DNA from: an uncultured delta proteobacterium
GTDB lineage: Bacteria; Myxococcota_A; Polyangia; Polyangiales; Polyangiaceae
Direction: 5' to 3'
DNA: 64,000 nt
Assembly (NCBI GenBank): GCA_963716725.1
Contig: CAVQUB010000011.1
Location: 1-64,000, forward strand
The position numbers and the translations under genes were made by a program. Every line of letters begins with the position of its first letter. The stretch's first letter is position 1. Shown piece after piece: positions 9,074 to 22,151 of this stretch. The notes beneath the pieces were generated by a model. That model did no database searches and had not been told where the DNA came from. It saw only the letters and a program-made list of their open reading frames with translations.

Positions 9074-9520
9074 ATGCCTCACGTCCGCGAGCTGTTCCAG
9101 GTCCCCGAAACCATCGGGAAGCTCGACTACGTCCTTCAGCTCACATCCGGTATCGAGCACCCGGAGCAAACCGCGGGCCTGTACGTCGTCACTCCGAGGC
9201 TAGCGGATGCGTTCGATCGCGTACTGACACTCGTGGGTCGCGCGATCCTCGATGGGCGAAGCCAAGCGGCGTACCTGCACGGCAGCTTCGGCAGCGGCAA
9301 GAGCCACTTCATGGCCATGCTGAGCTTGATGCTCAGCGGGCAAGAAGCCGCCTGGCCCTCTGTGCCAACGATCGTGACGCGAGCGGTGTCGGGTCACGCG
9401 ACGCCGGAGATGCAGCGGCTCTACAGCAGCGTGGGCTCGGACGAGATGCGGGAGAACTTGGAGCGGGTCGTCTCAATCGCGGGACTGGTCCCGAAGAAGG
9501 ACGAGCCGCCCAAGCAGTGA
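9074..9520 (+). pseudogene. pglY: Chimera of BREX-2 PglY ATPase N-terminus and tyrosine integrase C-terminus
   Basis: ELFQVPE..DYVLQL..YVVT..AAYLHGSFGSGKSHFMA, then IVTRAVSGHATPEMQRLYS (GH...Y integrase box). Confidence 0.75.
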
Positions 9521-9554
9521 GTGGTATGCAGGAGTAATATGCACCCCCAAAAGC

Positions 9555-9586
9555 GAAAACGGCCGGTCGTTAAACCAGCCGTTTTC
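9555..9586 (-). terminator. Intrinsic terminator downstream of tRNA-Gly
   Basis: GAAAACGGC...GCCGTTTTC stem followed by GCTTTT on the minus strand. Confidence 0.75.
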
Positions 9587-9590
9587 TCGG

Positions 9591-9662
9591 AGCGGGAGAA
9601 GAGATTCGAACTCTCGACGTCCACCTTGGCAAGGTGGCACTCTACCGCTGAGTTACTCCCGC
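9591..9662 (-). tRNA. tRNA-Gly (anticodon GCC), CCA not encoded
   Basis: Full cloverleaf: GCGGGAG/CTCCCGC acceptor stem, CCACC-TTGCCAA-GGTGG anticodon arm, TTCGAAT T-loop. Confidence 0.97.
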
Positions 9663-9790
9663 GGAAGGGCGTGTAACTACCGCTCGGGCCCGATGCTGTC
9701 AAGCTCCGGAACCTCTGGCTATTTTCGGGTGATTTCCGGGCTCGCCCCGCGACCACGCCCGCGACCCCGTACCCCAACGCCCGGGCCCCC

Positions 9791-9827
9791 GCGCGGCCCT
9801 CGCGCGGCCCTCGCGCGGCCCTCGCGC
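9791..9827. repeat. 11-bp tandem repeat (GCGCGGCCCTC) x3
   Basis: Visible between the rel stop and the tRNA. Confidence 0.85.
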
Positions 9828-9831
9828 TCCT

Positions 9832-11998
9832 CTAAACCCGCTGCACGTCCACCACGCCCGAGACCTTCGCCAGCGCCTTCATCACGTTCTTGAGCTGCGC
9901 GGTATCACCGATGTGAAAGGTGAAGATGTTGCACGCGCGCCCGTCGTCCTGTGCGCGGCAGTTGGCCTCGCTGATGTTGATCTTTTGCGCGCTGAAGGTC
10001 TGACTCACGTTGGCCAAGATGCCTGGCTTGTTGGTGGTCGTGACCTTGAGCTGCACCGGCCGGTTGATCTTGGCCTTGGTGTCCCACGAGACATCGATGC
10101 GCCGCTCGGGATCGGTATCGAAGGCCTTCGCGCACTCGCGCCGGTGAATGGTGACGCCTCGCCCGCGGGTGATGAACCCGATGATGACGTCGCCCGGCAG
10201 CGGGTTGCAGCACTTGGCGTAGCGCACCAGCACGTCGTCCACGCCGTTGACGCGGATGCCACCGGTGTCCTTGCCGGTGACCTTGCGGACCAGCTGTTCG
10301 ATCCGCCCCGTCTTGAGCTGGGACGGCGGCTCGGTGCTGCCCTCCGCCTGCTTGCCGCGCAGCGACTTGACGACGTCGTGGGTGTCCAGCTTGCCGTAGC
10401 CAATGGTGAGCAGCAGCTCTTCCCAGCTGCCGGTGCGGTGCGCCTCCCACAGGCGCCGCATCTCGTCGTCGTTCTTCTGCAGGCGAGCGAGGCTCATGCC
10501 GCCCTCGCGCATGGCGCTGTCGAGCAGCTCGCGCCCGAGATTGATGCTCTTCTCGCGCTGCTCGCTGCGCAGGTACGCCCGCACGCGGTTTCGGGCGCGG
10601 GTGGTCACCGTGAAGTCGAGCCAGTCCTTGCTGGGCTGCTGCTGGGGCGAGGTCATCACCTCGATCACGTCGCCGTTGCGCATCTTGTAGCGCAGCGGGA
10701 CGATCTGCCCGTTGACTCGGGCGCCCGAGCAGCGGTTGCCGACCTCGGTGTGGATCGCAGTACGCGAAATCGATGGGCGTCGAGCTGCGCGGGAACATGC
10801 GCACGTCGCCCTTGGGCGTGAACACGTAGATCTCGTCGGGGAACAGATCGATCTTCACGCTCTCGAGGAACTCGGCGGGATCCTTGAGGTGCCGCTGAAA
10901 TTCGGCGAGCTCGCGCAGCCAGCCGAACTTGGCCGCTGCGCTTGGATCCGACTCCGCCGGAGTTGCGCTCCTTGTACTTCCAGTGCGCGGCGATGCCGTG
11001 CTCGGCGACGCGGTCCATGTCGTGCGTGCGGATCTGGATCTCGATGCGCTGGCGCCCCGGCCCGATCACCGCGGTGTGCAGCGACTGGTACATGTTGGGC
11101 TTCGGCAGCGCGATGTAGTCCTTGAAGCGGCCGGGGATCGGCGTCCACTTGCGAGTGGATCACGCCGAGCACCGCGTAGCAGTCGGCCACGGACTCGACG
11201 CAGATGCGGAACGCGATGATGTCGTAGACCTGCTCGAAGTCGCTCTGCATCGACTTCATCTTGCGATGGATCGAGTAGAGGTGCTTCGCGCGGCCGCTGA
11301 CGTCGGCGCCGAAACCCGTGCTCCGCGAGGCGCGAGGCGATGGTGCGGCAGACGCCCTCGATGTAACGCTCGCGCTCCTTCTTGGTCTTGGAGAGCTTCT
11401 GCATCACCTCGCGGTAGCCCTCGGCGTCGAGGAACTGGAACGAGAGGTCTTCGAGCTCGCTCTTGAGGAGCTGGATGCCCAGGCGATTGGCCAGCGGCGC
11501 GTAGATCTCCATCGTCTCGCGGGCGATGCGCTCTTGCCCCTCGGCGCTCATGTGCTGGAGCGTGCGCATGTTGTCGAGGCGGTCGCAGAGCTTGACCAGC
11601 AGCACGCGGATGTCCTGCGCCATCGCCACCACCATCTTGCGGAAGTTCTCGGCCTGGCGGTCTTCTTTGCTGGTGAAGTTGATCTTGCCGAGCTTGGTGA
11701 CACCGTCGACGAGGTACGCGACCTCCTCCCCGAAATCGCGGGCGATGTCCTCACGGGTGGCGCCAGTGTCTTCGACCACGTCGTGCAGCAGGCCGGCGCA
11801 GACGCTGGCGGTGTCGAGGCGGAGCTCCGTGATGATCTCGGCGACGCTGGCGGGATGGATGAAGTACGGGTCGCCGCTCTTGCGCATCTGCTCGCGGTGC
11901 GCCCACTCCGAGTAGTGGTAGGCTTTCCGAATCAGATCGGTGTCCGCCGCGGGCTGATAGCCCTGCACTCTGGAGACGAGTTGTTGGACGTCGAGCAC
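9832..11998 (-). CDS. relA: Bifunctional (p)ppGpp synthetase/hydrolase Rel (RelA/SpoT), several frameshifts
   Basis: HD domain [30 protein letters not shown] and ACT segments split across frames. Confidence 0.92.
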
Positions 11999-12053
11999 GG
12001 TCGGGAAAAAGGCCCCAGCAACGGCTCGGGCGCATGGAAAGTAACACTACGTC

Positions 12054-13310
12054 ATGTCTCTCGCAAACCCCGACCCGCGCGCTGACGATGCGGGAGCAAA
12101 TCGCGGCGCGCATGGACGCACGAGGGAGACTGAAGGGCTCAGGGCGCTCGGCGTGTACGTGCATTTCCCTTGGTGCCTGAAGAAGTGCCCGTACTGTGAT
12201 TTCTGGAGCATTCCCGCCCAGCGGCAAGAGCTACCGCACGCCGAGTACGCAGACGCGGTGTTATCCGAGCTCGAGCTCCGATCCGAACGCCTGGGCCCGC
12301 GCCGACTCGAGAGCGTGTTCTTCGGCGGCGGGACTCCCAGCCTGTGGCAGCCCCGGGAGCTGGGGCGGGTCCTGGCGAGGATCCTGTCGCGCTTCGATCA
12401 CGCACCCCAGGTCGAGATCACCGTCGAGTGCAACCCGTCGAGCTTCGACCGCGATTGTGCGAGGGCGCTCTTGGACGTGGGCATCAACCGGGTGAGCATC
12501 GGCGTGCAAGGGCTGGACGCCGCACGCCTCGAGTTTTTGGGACGCCTCCACGACCCCGACGGCGGTCTGCGCGCCGTGGAGGACGCGCTGGCAGCTGGCG
12601 TGCCGCGGGTCTCAGCAGATCTGATCTTTGGAGTCCACGGGCAGTCGGCCACGTCTGCTGCGCACGAGGCGGCGACGGTCGCTGCGCTGGGCGTCGAGCA
12701 CCTCTCGGCCTACGCGCTGACCATCGAACCGGGAACGGAGTTCGGGAAGCGGGCGCGCCAGCGAACACTGCCGCTCGCCGCGGACGACGCGGTGGCGGAG
12801 TCGTTCTTGGCGGTCGACGAGGCGCTGGGCGCGCTCGGCTTCGACCACTACGAGATCAGCAACTATTGCCGCTCCGGCGCCCGCTCGCGCCACAACGTCG
12901 GCTACTGGCTGGGGCGCGAGTACCTGGGCCTCGGCGTGAGCGCTTGGGGAACCCTGATGCTCGACGGCACGCGCGTCCGCTACCGCAACACGCTCTCCAC
13001 GGACCGTTATCTCGACGCCGACTGGCCCGCGATCGATCTGTCCCGCGCTCACCCGTTGGTCCCGGAGCGCGAGCTCATCGACGCCGAGACCGCGCTGCGC
13101 GAGCGCATCTTGCTTGGACTGCGCCTCGAAGAAGGTCTCGATCTCTCGGCGGCGGCCCGAGAGCTGGGCGTGGAAGCGTGGACCACCGAACGCGTGCGGG
13201 CCGTCCAGCGGCTCGAGGGGCGCGGTAGGCTCGAACGCGCGGGCGACGTGCTCAAGATCCCGAAGAGCGCGTGGCTCTTCGCCGACGGGACCATCGCGTC
13301 GCTCTTGTGA
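12054..13310 (+). CDS. hemW: Radical SAM heme chaperone HemW
   Basis: YVHFPWCLKKCPYCDF, GGGTPS, YEISNY, SRHN. Confidence 0.92.
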   Translation: MSLANPDPRADDAGANRGAHGRTRETEGLRALGVYVHFPWCLKKCPYCDFWSIPAQRQELPHAEYADAVLSELELRSERLGPRRLESVFFGGGTPSLWQPRELGRVLARILSRFDHAPQVEITVECNPSSFDRDCARALLDVGINRVSIGVQGLDAARLEFLGRLHDPDGGLRAVEDALAAGVPRVSADLIFGVHGQSATSAAHEAATVAALGVEHLSAYALTIEPGTEFGKRARQRTLPLAADDAVAESFLAVDEALGALGFDHYEISNYCRSGARSRHNVGYWLGREYLGLGVSAWGTLMLDGTRVRYRNTLSTDRYLDADWPAIDLSRAHPLVPERELIDAETALRERILLGLRLEEGLDLSAAARELGVEAWTTERVRAVQRLEGRGRLERAGDVLKIPKSAWLFADGTIASLL

Positions 13311-13322
13311 GCTCCGAAGCGA

Positions 13323-14689
<1,367 letters not shown>

Positions 14690-14693
<4 letters not shown>

Positions 14694-17155
14694 GGCACCG
14701 CGGACTCGGCGGCGGCGGTCGCGGCGAGGGCCGTGAGCGTGGTGCCGGACTCGGGGGCGCCCTGCGCCGCGGGATCCAAGCCGCCCTCTTCCGGCGGGAT
14801 CACCTCCCGGGAGTAGCCGCACTCTTTGCCACGCGGACAAATGATCTTCTTCTTCTTGCCACCGGTCTCGGTCAAGAAGGGGTGCTTGCACAGCGGGCAG
14901 GGCTCGTTGACGGGCCGCTGCCACAGCTTGAAGTCGCACTCCGGGTACTTGGTGCAGCCGTAGAAGGTCTTGCCGCCGCGCTTCTTGGAGCGCACCTCGA
15001 CCAGGTCGCCGCCGCACTTCGGGCAGGGGATCCCCAGCGGAACGGGCTTCGCGTTCTTGCAGGCGGGGTAGCCGCTGCAGGAGAGGAACTCCCCGTAGCG
15101 ACCCATCCGGATCACCATCGGCTTCGCGCACTTGTCGCAGACGATGTCGGTCATCCGGGGCTCGGCCGGGGGCGCGCCGTCTTTGCCGAGGTCACGGGTG
15201 ACCTTGCACTTGGGATAGGCCTCGCAGCCCATGAACCAGCCGTTCTTGCTCCAGCGCTTGAGCATGAACGAGTCGCACTCGGGGCATTTCTCCTCGGTGC
15301 GCTCCGGCTCGGGCGCCCAGCGCTTCTGCTTCTTGGCGACGTCGAGGACCTCGCGGAAGCGTTTGTAGAAGCGGCCGAGCAGCTTCACGCGTTCGAGGCG
15401 TCCGGCCTCGACCTCGTCGAGCTCCTCCTCGAGCTTCGCGGTGAAGTCGGGGTCCATGAAATCGAGCTGCGTCCCCATTAGCCCCGAGACCACGATCTTG
15501 CCGAGCTCTGTCGGCTTCATCTGACCGCCCGGGAGCTTCTCGACGTAGTCACGAGCCTGCACCTTGCTGATGATCTCGGCGTAGGTGCTGGGGCGCCCGA
15601 TGCCGCGCTTCTCGAGCTCACGCACCAGCGAGCCTTCGTTGAAGCGCGGTGGCGGCTGCGTGAACTTCTGCTCGGCGAGCACCCCGGGAGGGATCACCAG
15701 CGAGAGGTCCTCGCCGTCGAAGAGCTCGGGCAGCGTGCCGTCGTCGCCATCGAAGCCGAGGGTCTTGACCGTCTCGCCCGAAGGCGGCGGAGGAGCGCTG
15801 TCGCGGGCCTCGCCTTCGTTGGTGTCTTCTTCGCCGGCGAGCTGCTCGCCCTCCCCGAAGGTGCCCTTGCCGTACTCCGCGAGCCAGCCGGCGAACTTGA
15901 GCACCTTGCCGTTGGCGCGGAGCGTGAGCGAGCGGTGCGCGGCGTCTTTGCGCGTGGGTGTCGCCTCCACATCCACAGCCGTCTGGTCGTAGACGGCCGG
16001 AGCCATCTGGGAGGCGACGAAGCGATCCCAGATCAGCTTGTAGAGCTTGAACTCCTCGGCGGTCAGGTGCTTTTGGACCAGCTCCGGAGTGAACTCGAGG
16101 GAGGCCGGGCGGATGGCCTCGTGGGCCTCTTGCGCGTTCTTCTTGGCGCGGAAAACGTTGGGCTTCTGCGGCAGAAAGTCGGCGCCGTACTTCTCTTCGA
16201 TGTGCACGCGCACCGCGTCGATGGCGTCCTGGCTCACGCGCATGCTGTCGGTACGCATGTAGGTGATGAGGCCGACCGGGCCGCCGTCCTTCTTGAGGTC
16301 GACGCCTTCGTACAGCTTCTGCGCCACACTCATGGTGCGCTTCGCGGTGAAGCGCAGGTACCCCGTGGCGTCCTGTTGCAGCTTGCTGGTGGTGTAGGGA
16401 GCGGGCGCGTTGCGCTTCTGCTCCTTCTTGGCGATGGTCGCGATGCGATATTTCGCGGTCTCGAGATCGGTCCGCACGGCCGCCGCCTGCGTCGCGTTGT
16501 CGACCTCGATCTTCTCGCCGTTGGCCCGCGTCAGACGAGCGAACAGCGGCTTGGACGTCTTGCTGCGGACCGCGGCCCCGATGTTCCAGTATTCTTCCGG
16601 AACGAAGGCTTCGATCTCGCGCTCACGCTCGTCGATGAGCCGAAGCGCCACGGACTGGACCCGTCCGGCCGAGAGCCCGAAGGCCAGCTTGTTCCAGACC
16701 AGCGCGGAGACGTCGTAACCGACGATGCGATCGAGCACCCGGCGGCAGCGCTGGGCGTCGTAGAGATCCGCGTCCAGGGCGCGCGGCGCCGCCAGCCCCT
16801 TCTCCACACCCTTCTTGGTGATCTCGTGGAACTCGACGCGCACCACATCGAGCTTGGGCCGCTTCAGCTCCTCGAAGATGTGCCAGGCGATGGCCTCGCC
16901 CTCGCGATCCGGGTCGGTGGCGAGCAGCAGGCGCTCGGCCTTCTTGGAGTGAGCCTTGAGCTCCGCGAGCACCTTGCTCTTGGCTTCGATGACCTCGTAG
17001 GTCTCGGTGAAGCCGTTCTCGACGTCGATGCCCATGCGCTTGGGCAGGTCCTTCACGTGGCCTTTACTGGCCAGGACCTCGTACCCGGGACCCAGGTACT
17101 TCTTGATGGTCTTGGCCTTTGCCGGGGACTCGACGACGACGAGGGTCTTCTCCAT
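14690..17155 (-). CDS. topA: DNA topoisomerase I with C-terminal Zn ribbons
   Basis: [42 protein letters not shown]. Confidence 0.97.
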
Positions 17156-17236
17156 TGCGATGCCCGATATCCCCCTCCAGATGCGATCCCGAGGACCCCG
17201 GCGCAAGCCCGGCACTCGGCGGAGTCGCATCAATGA

Positions 17237-18199
17237 TCAATGCTTTCGCCTAGTTGCCTTCGCACCCCGGGTTTGGGGGGCCGCTACTAACACTCCTTGG
17301 AGCGTCAGAGTCAAGAGCGCGTATTGGATGCGGCCGACACTCAGGCCGGTTCGTCGAGCGATTTCATCCACATGCGTCGCTCCCGCGGATCGGGCCTCGA
17401 GCACCGCCCGGAGTTCGGGATCGGGGTGGAAGGGCGGCGGAGCGGGCGGCGTGGCCCCTCCCCGGTCCCCGCTGTCTTCCTCACGCGCGGGCGCGGGCAG
17501 GGGCGCGGGCGCAGCGGCGGGCGCGCCCACGCGCGGGAGGGGGTGGAGGTTCGCCGCCTCGAGGCGGCGGAGCAGATCGTCGGCGCCCAGGCAGAGGCTG
17601 GCCCCCCGGGATATCTCCACCGACCAGCAGCCACCCCGCGAGTTCCACGGGGCGTGGGGCACCATGAAGAGCGGTCTGCCGAGCTGGCGCGCGCACTTGG
17701 CGGCGTTGCCGGCCCCGCTCCGCCACGGGGCCTCGACCACGACCACCAGGTGCGCGAGGGCCACGAGGAGCGCGTTGCGAGGGAAGAACGACGCGCGAGT
17801 CGCATGCACGTCGGGGGCGTGCTCGCTGACAAACGCGCCCCCGAGTTCGACGACGCGCCGGAACAGATCGCGGTTGCTCTCTGGGAACGGGCGCTCGAAT
17901 CCCGAGGGTGCAACGACCACGCTCACCCCGCCGACGTCGAGGGCTCCTTCGTGCGCTGCCGTGTCGATGCCCTCGGCGCCGCCGGAGAGCACCGCCACTC
18001 CCGCGCGCGCGAGGCAGCCCGCGAGGTGGCGAGCGTAGATCTGTCCGTCGGCGCTCGGATGACGCGTGCCGACCAGCGCGACGCAAGGACCGCGCGGCAG
18101 CTCACCATGCAGGTAGAGCGCCTCCGGCGGCTTCGAAAGATCGCGGACCCGCGAGGGCAGCCGGGCATCGCGCAAGACCTCGACGGAAGGCGGGCTCAC
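17237..18199 (-). CDS. dprA: DNA-processing protein DprA
   Basis: VGTR, SGGAEGIDTAAH, FFPRN, VVEA..SG; dprA-topA-trmFO synteny. Confidence 0.92.
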   Translation of the reverse strand: MSPPSVEVLRDARLPSRVRDLSKPPEALYLHGELPRGPCVALVGTRHPSADGQIYARHLAGCLARAGVAVLSGGAEGIDTAAHEGALDVGGVSVVVAPSGFERPFPESNRDLFRRVVELGGAFVSEHAPDVHATRASFFPRNALLVALAHLVVVVEAPWRSGAGNAAKCARQLGRPLFMVPHAPWNSRGGCWSVEISRGASLCLGADDLLRRLEAANLHPLPRVGAPAAAPAPLPAPAREEDSGDRGGATPPAPPPFHPDPELRAVLEARSAGATHVDEIARRTGLSVGRIQYALLTLTLQGVLVAAPQTRGAKATRRKH

Positions 18200-18236
18200 C
18201 CCCCCCGCATCGGCAGTGCGCGGCGACAGTTGCGGA

Positions 18237-18959
18237 TTACTTCTTGTAGGCCTGCGCGCCGACCAGGCCCTGGCCCTTGAGCAGGTGCATGTCGATCTTC
18301 ACGGCCATGGGCGTCGGATAGGGGTTCTTCACGCACTGATCGAGGGGACCCACGGTGGGATCGACGCTGTCCGCGTCGCTCTGCGCGAGCACCTGCGGCG
18401 GCATGGGCGGAGCGGTGAGGATGTTGATCTGGTAGTTGAAGACGCCCGGATTCGCGAAGCCGATGAAGGTGTAGCAACCTCCCGGCTGCAGCGTGAAATC
18501 GGCTTGGGCGTGGCCGCCGTGCTGGAGCTTGGCGCTCATCAGCGGCCCGTCGGGCTTCTTGCCCTTGGCCTCGGTCTGGGCCTTCATCTTGATGCCCTGT
18601 TCGAGCTGCGCGGTCTCGCCACCCGTGAGCAGGCCGAGCGACGCTACGCCGCCCGAGAGTGCGCCGGCGATCAGCGCTTGGAGCGCGTTGGGATCACTGC
18701 CCACAGTGCCGAGCGCAGGCACCTGTCCAGGTTGGGGCTGGCAGGGCTGTCCAGGCTGACAGGCCCCGACCGCGCCGGCGTCGCCAGGGCCCGCGGCGGG
18801 ACCCGGCCCTGGTCCCGGTGCGGGCGTGGAGCCGTAGGGACCGCTGCTCTGCCCCTGTTGGAACTGGGCGTCTGGCCCTTGGTCCTTCTTCTTGCACTGC
18901 GTGAGCGCTAATGCGCCCACCAGGACCAAGCTCATCGCAACTGTCGTCGTCAGGCGCAT
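18237..18959 (-). CDS. Hypothetical lipoprotein
   Basis: Signal peptide ending LALTQC; strong GC3 codon bias. Confidence 0.75.
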   Translation of the reverse strand: MRLTTTVAMSLVLVGALALTQCKKKDQGPDAQFQQGQSSGPYGSTPAPGPGPGPAAGPGDAGAVGACQPGQPCQPQPGQVPALGTVGSDPNALQALIAGALSGGVASLGLLTGGETAQLEQGIKMKAQTEAKGKKPDGPLMSAKLQHGGHAQADFTLQPGGCYTFIGFANPGVFNYQINILTAPPMPPQVLAQSDADSVDPTVGPLDQCVKNPYPTPMAVKIDMHLLKGQGLVGAQAYKK

Positions 18960-19051
18960 GCTCGATGGCTCCCTCTGCTGGATGACTTCGAAGCCCGGAG
19001 TCTATACCCACACCACCCCACCACACCAGGACCTGTGCTAACAGGCTCGGA

Positions 19052-20008
19052 GTGAAGGTCGTCGTCGCCACGCACGGTCACTGCTTCGACGGGCTCGCCA
19101 GCGCGGTGCTCTTCACCCGGCTGCTCGGCGCGCTCGACGGCAAGAAGCGGCGGTGCGTGTACCGTGGGTGCGGGTATGGCAATGGCCAGTCGCGCGCGGA
19201 TGCTTCCCTCTTGAGCGGCGACGAGAACGCCATCCTCGACTACCGCTTCTCGGCGACGGAAAAAGTGACTTGGTTCTTCGATCACCATCGCACGGCATTT
19301 CAGACGAGCGACGAGCAGCAGGTATTCGAAGCGAACCGGGACAACGGCCGCTACTTCTACGATCCTGACTACAGCTCCTGCACCAAGCTGATTTCCGACG
19401 TGTCTTGGCGGCATTTTGCCATGAAGGACCCGGCTCTCGACGAGCTGGTGCGCTGGGCCGACATCGTGGACTCGGCCCGCTTCGACTCTCCCGAGCAGGC
19501 CGTCAACCGCACGGATCCGGTCCTGCGCATGGTCAGCGTCGTCGAGCACTACGGCGACGACAAGTTCATCGCGCGCATGGTCCCAGAGCTGTCGTCCAAG
19601 CCCCTGCTCGAGGTCGCGCAATCGCAGTTCATCGAAGACCGCTTCAAGCCCCTGGGCGAGAAGCACGGGCGCTTCGTCGAACGCGTGCGCGAAAGCGGTC
19701 AGCGCATGGGACGCGTGGTCTTCGTAGACCTCACCAGCTCGGTCCTCGACAGCGTCGGCAAGTTCGTCACCTACGCTCTCTTCCCCGACTCGGTGTACTC
19801 GGTGATCGTCGGCGTGCTGAAGAGCGGCGCCAAGGTGAGCGTGGGGTACAACCCGTGGAGCGGCAAGCCACTGGACACCGACATCAGCGCCATCTGCGCG
19901 CGCCACGGCGGCGGGGGCCATCCCGTAGTGGGAGCCATCTCGTTCCGCTCGAACGAGGTCGATCGCGCTCGTGAGGTAGCGCGGTCCATCGCCGAAGAGC
20001 TGGCGTGA
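19052..20008 (+). CDS. DHH/DHHA1 family phosphoesterase
   Basis: HGHCFDG, DHH, GGGGH motifs. Confidence 0.85.
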   Translation: MKVVVATHGHCFDGLASAVLFTRLLGALDGKKRRCVYRGCGYGNGQSRADASLLSGDENAILDYRFSATEKVTWFFDHHRTAFQTSDEQQVFEANRDNGRYFYDPDYSSCTKLISDVSWRHFAMKDPALDELVRWADIVDSARFDSPEQAVNRTDPVLRMVSVVEHYGDDKFIARMVPELSSKPLLEVAQSQFIEDRFKPLGEKHGRFVERVRESGQRMGRVVFVDLTSSVLDSVGKFVTYALFPDSVYSVIVGVLKSGAKVSVGYNPWSGKPLDTDISAICARHGGGGHPVVGAISFRSNEVDRAREVARSIAEELA

Positions 20009-20761
20009 GCGCTGCGCTGGGGCATTTCCGACGCAAACCCGGCGCGCTGCCCCTGGTGCTCGGTCACCGAGGCGCGAGGCGCGAGGCACCGGAGAACACC
20101 CTGGAGTCCTTCGATCTGGCCGTCGCCCAGGGCGCCGCAGGCGTGGAGCTCGACGTCCGACTCGACGGCAGCGGTCGGGTCGTCGTGTTGCACGATCGCA
20201 CTCTCGAGCGGGTGACACAGGGCGCGGACCAGCGCGACGTCGAGGATCTCGAGCGCCAGCGACGTGGACCGCCTCGAGCTCGACGGCGGCGCTCGCGTCC
20301 CCAGTCTCGAAGCAGTGCTCGACTGGGCAGTGCGCGGTGAATACCTGGTGAACGTGGAGCTGAAACGGGACGTGACCCAGCGCCGCGGGCTGGTCTGGGG
20401 CGTCGCGGGGCTCCTGCGCACGCACCCGGCGGCGCGCGGGCGGGTGCTGCTCTCTTCCTTCGATCCGCTCTTCGTGCGCGCCTTGGCCTGGCTGGTGCCC
20501 GCCGTGCCCGTGTGCTGGCTCGTGCATGCCAAGCAGCGCATGCTCTCGGCGGCCCCTGGCTTTCGCCGGCTCGGCGCCGTGGGTGTGCATCCCGAGTTGG
20601 CACTGGCATGCGACGCGAAAATCCAGCGCTGGCGCGCGGCCGGCGCGCTGTTGAACGTGTGGACCGTCAACGACGCAGCCGAGGCGCAGCGCCTGTCGCG
20701 GGCTGGCGTGGACGCAATCATCAGCGACGTGCCGGCGACGATTGTACGCGCGCTGAGCTGA
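20005..20761 (+). CDS. Glycerophosphodiester phosphodiesterase (frameshift near 20256)
   Basis: GHRGA..PENT, ELDV, HD; then NVELK, SSF, WTVN, IISD in the next frame. Confidence 0.85.
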
Positions 20762-20813
20762 CTCGCTTCGAGACGACCCTGGGACGACCCTGGGAAGCTT
20801 TCTCGACCGGCGC

Positions 20814-21224
20814 TCAGGGCATGGTCGCGTCGGCAGCAACGACCGCGCCCGCCGCGACCTCGTGGTCTTCGCCGGTTGGCCAGATCTTGTGGGACGCATC
20901 GCCGGCACCGTAAGCCGTCAAGTTTCGGTAGCTACCCGGCGCCACGTCGCGAAACGCGTACTCGCCGTTTGCGTCCGTCTTTTCGTCAAGGATGTTGCCG
21001 CAGGTCGGCGTCGTGCAGACCTCCATTTTGATCCCCGCCGCCGGGGCGGTGCCCTGCAGAACTCGGCCCCGGAGATGCGCGCGGCCCTGGGCTGGCGCCG
21101 GCAGAACCAGGCTGTAGGCGGACGCCGCGGGCTCGGGCGCCGGCGGGGCCGACTTCCGGCAGCTGACGGTGCAGATTGCCAAGATGCAGGAGCTGGCGGC
21201 GAGCGCCGCTCGGGTAGCCCTCAT
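20814..21224 (-). CDS. Small lipoprotein with carboxypeptidase-regulatory-like beta domain
   Basis: TVSC lipobox; GRV...TDANGEYAF.DVAPGSY. Confidence 0.65.
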   Translation of the reverse strand: MRATRAALAASSCILAICTVSCRKSAPPAPEPAASAYSLVLPAPAQGRAHLRGRVLQGTAPAAGIKMEVCTTPTCGNILDEKTDANGEYAFRDVAPGSYRNLTAYGAGDASHKIWPTGEDHEVAAGAVVAADATMP

Positions 21225-21227
21225 GCC

Positions 21228-22145
21228 CTACAGCATATCGGTCTTGGGCTGACGTCGACAAGCCGCGGTGGTGCAGCTGCACCCTTGATCGGTGATCCCG
21301 ACGACCAGCGGCATGCTGCGGGCCTGCGAGGTCCGTGCGCTGCCGCCGGGGGAGCGGCCGGCGTTGCGGAGCAGCTCGTCCGTGACGCGGAGCAGCGCGA
21401 GGTACACTTCTTCGAGCAGGCGCCTCCAAGGGACGCCGCGCCGCTCGTCGGAGCGCTGCGTAACGCCGCGGAAGAGCGCGAGCAGCGTGTAGACGATGCG
21501 GCGCAGGATCGCGACGACGAGCATGCCGCGTGGGTTCTGCTCGATCCAGGGGTGGTCGCCAGCTCGCCAGCTCGCCAGGGACTTCCAAGGGTCGTCCTCT
21601 TCGAAGGCGTGGTCGAGGATCTGGTGGTTGGTTTCCACGCCCCAGCGCGAGCGCACGAGCGTCTGCCATTGCGTCGCGGTGAGGGCATCTTTGCGCAGGC
21701 TCGAGATCAGGTAGCGGTCTTCAGCCCTGAGGACACGCCCCGCCTCGTTGGTGCGCGCCGGGATCGGCATCACGTCGATGCAGGGCCTGGCGGAGCTGCT
21801 GATCAGCGTCGCGGTGATGGTGCGCACGACGCCGACGAGAGGCGCTCCTTGACCGGCGCTCTGCCGCTGCGCGTGCCAGTCGTCGCACGCGGAGATGCTC
21901 GTGCCCTTGCCATCGAGCGACACGACTCCGAAGGGTAGAGCGTCGGGATGGATCGCCTTGCGGCGTTCCGCGTCACGTACCGTGGTGTGCAGGCAGCGCG
22001 CAAGCTGCTCTGGCTCGATCGAGCACAGGGCGTCGCGCAAGGTCGTGTCTGGCACGCGGCGCACGATGCCGAGCCGGCGCCGCATGGCGCGCGGCATCTG
22101 CTCGGTGAGGTGCTCGACGTCGGCAACGCTCTTGGCGCCGGCACC
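21228..22145 (-). pseudogene. ISAs1-like transposase fragment (5' truncated, internal deletion, 36-bp insertion)
   Basis: VPDTTLRD, VVSLDGK, RSRWGVE.NH..LD.AF.ED motifs. Confidence 0.7.
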
Positions 22146-22151
22146 TTTCTG

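Larger units (their letters stand above)
3993..9586. mobile_element. Degenerate genomic island integrated at tRNA-Gly(GCC)
   Basis: Flanked by the 32-bp att direct repeats; integrase C-terminal remnant next to the tRNA; defence/toxin cargo. Confidence 0.85.
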
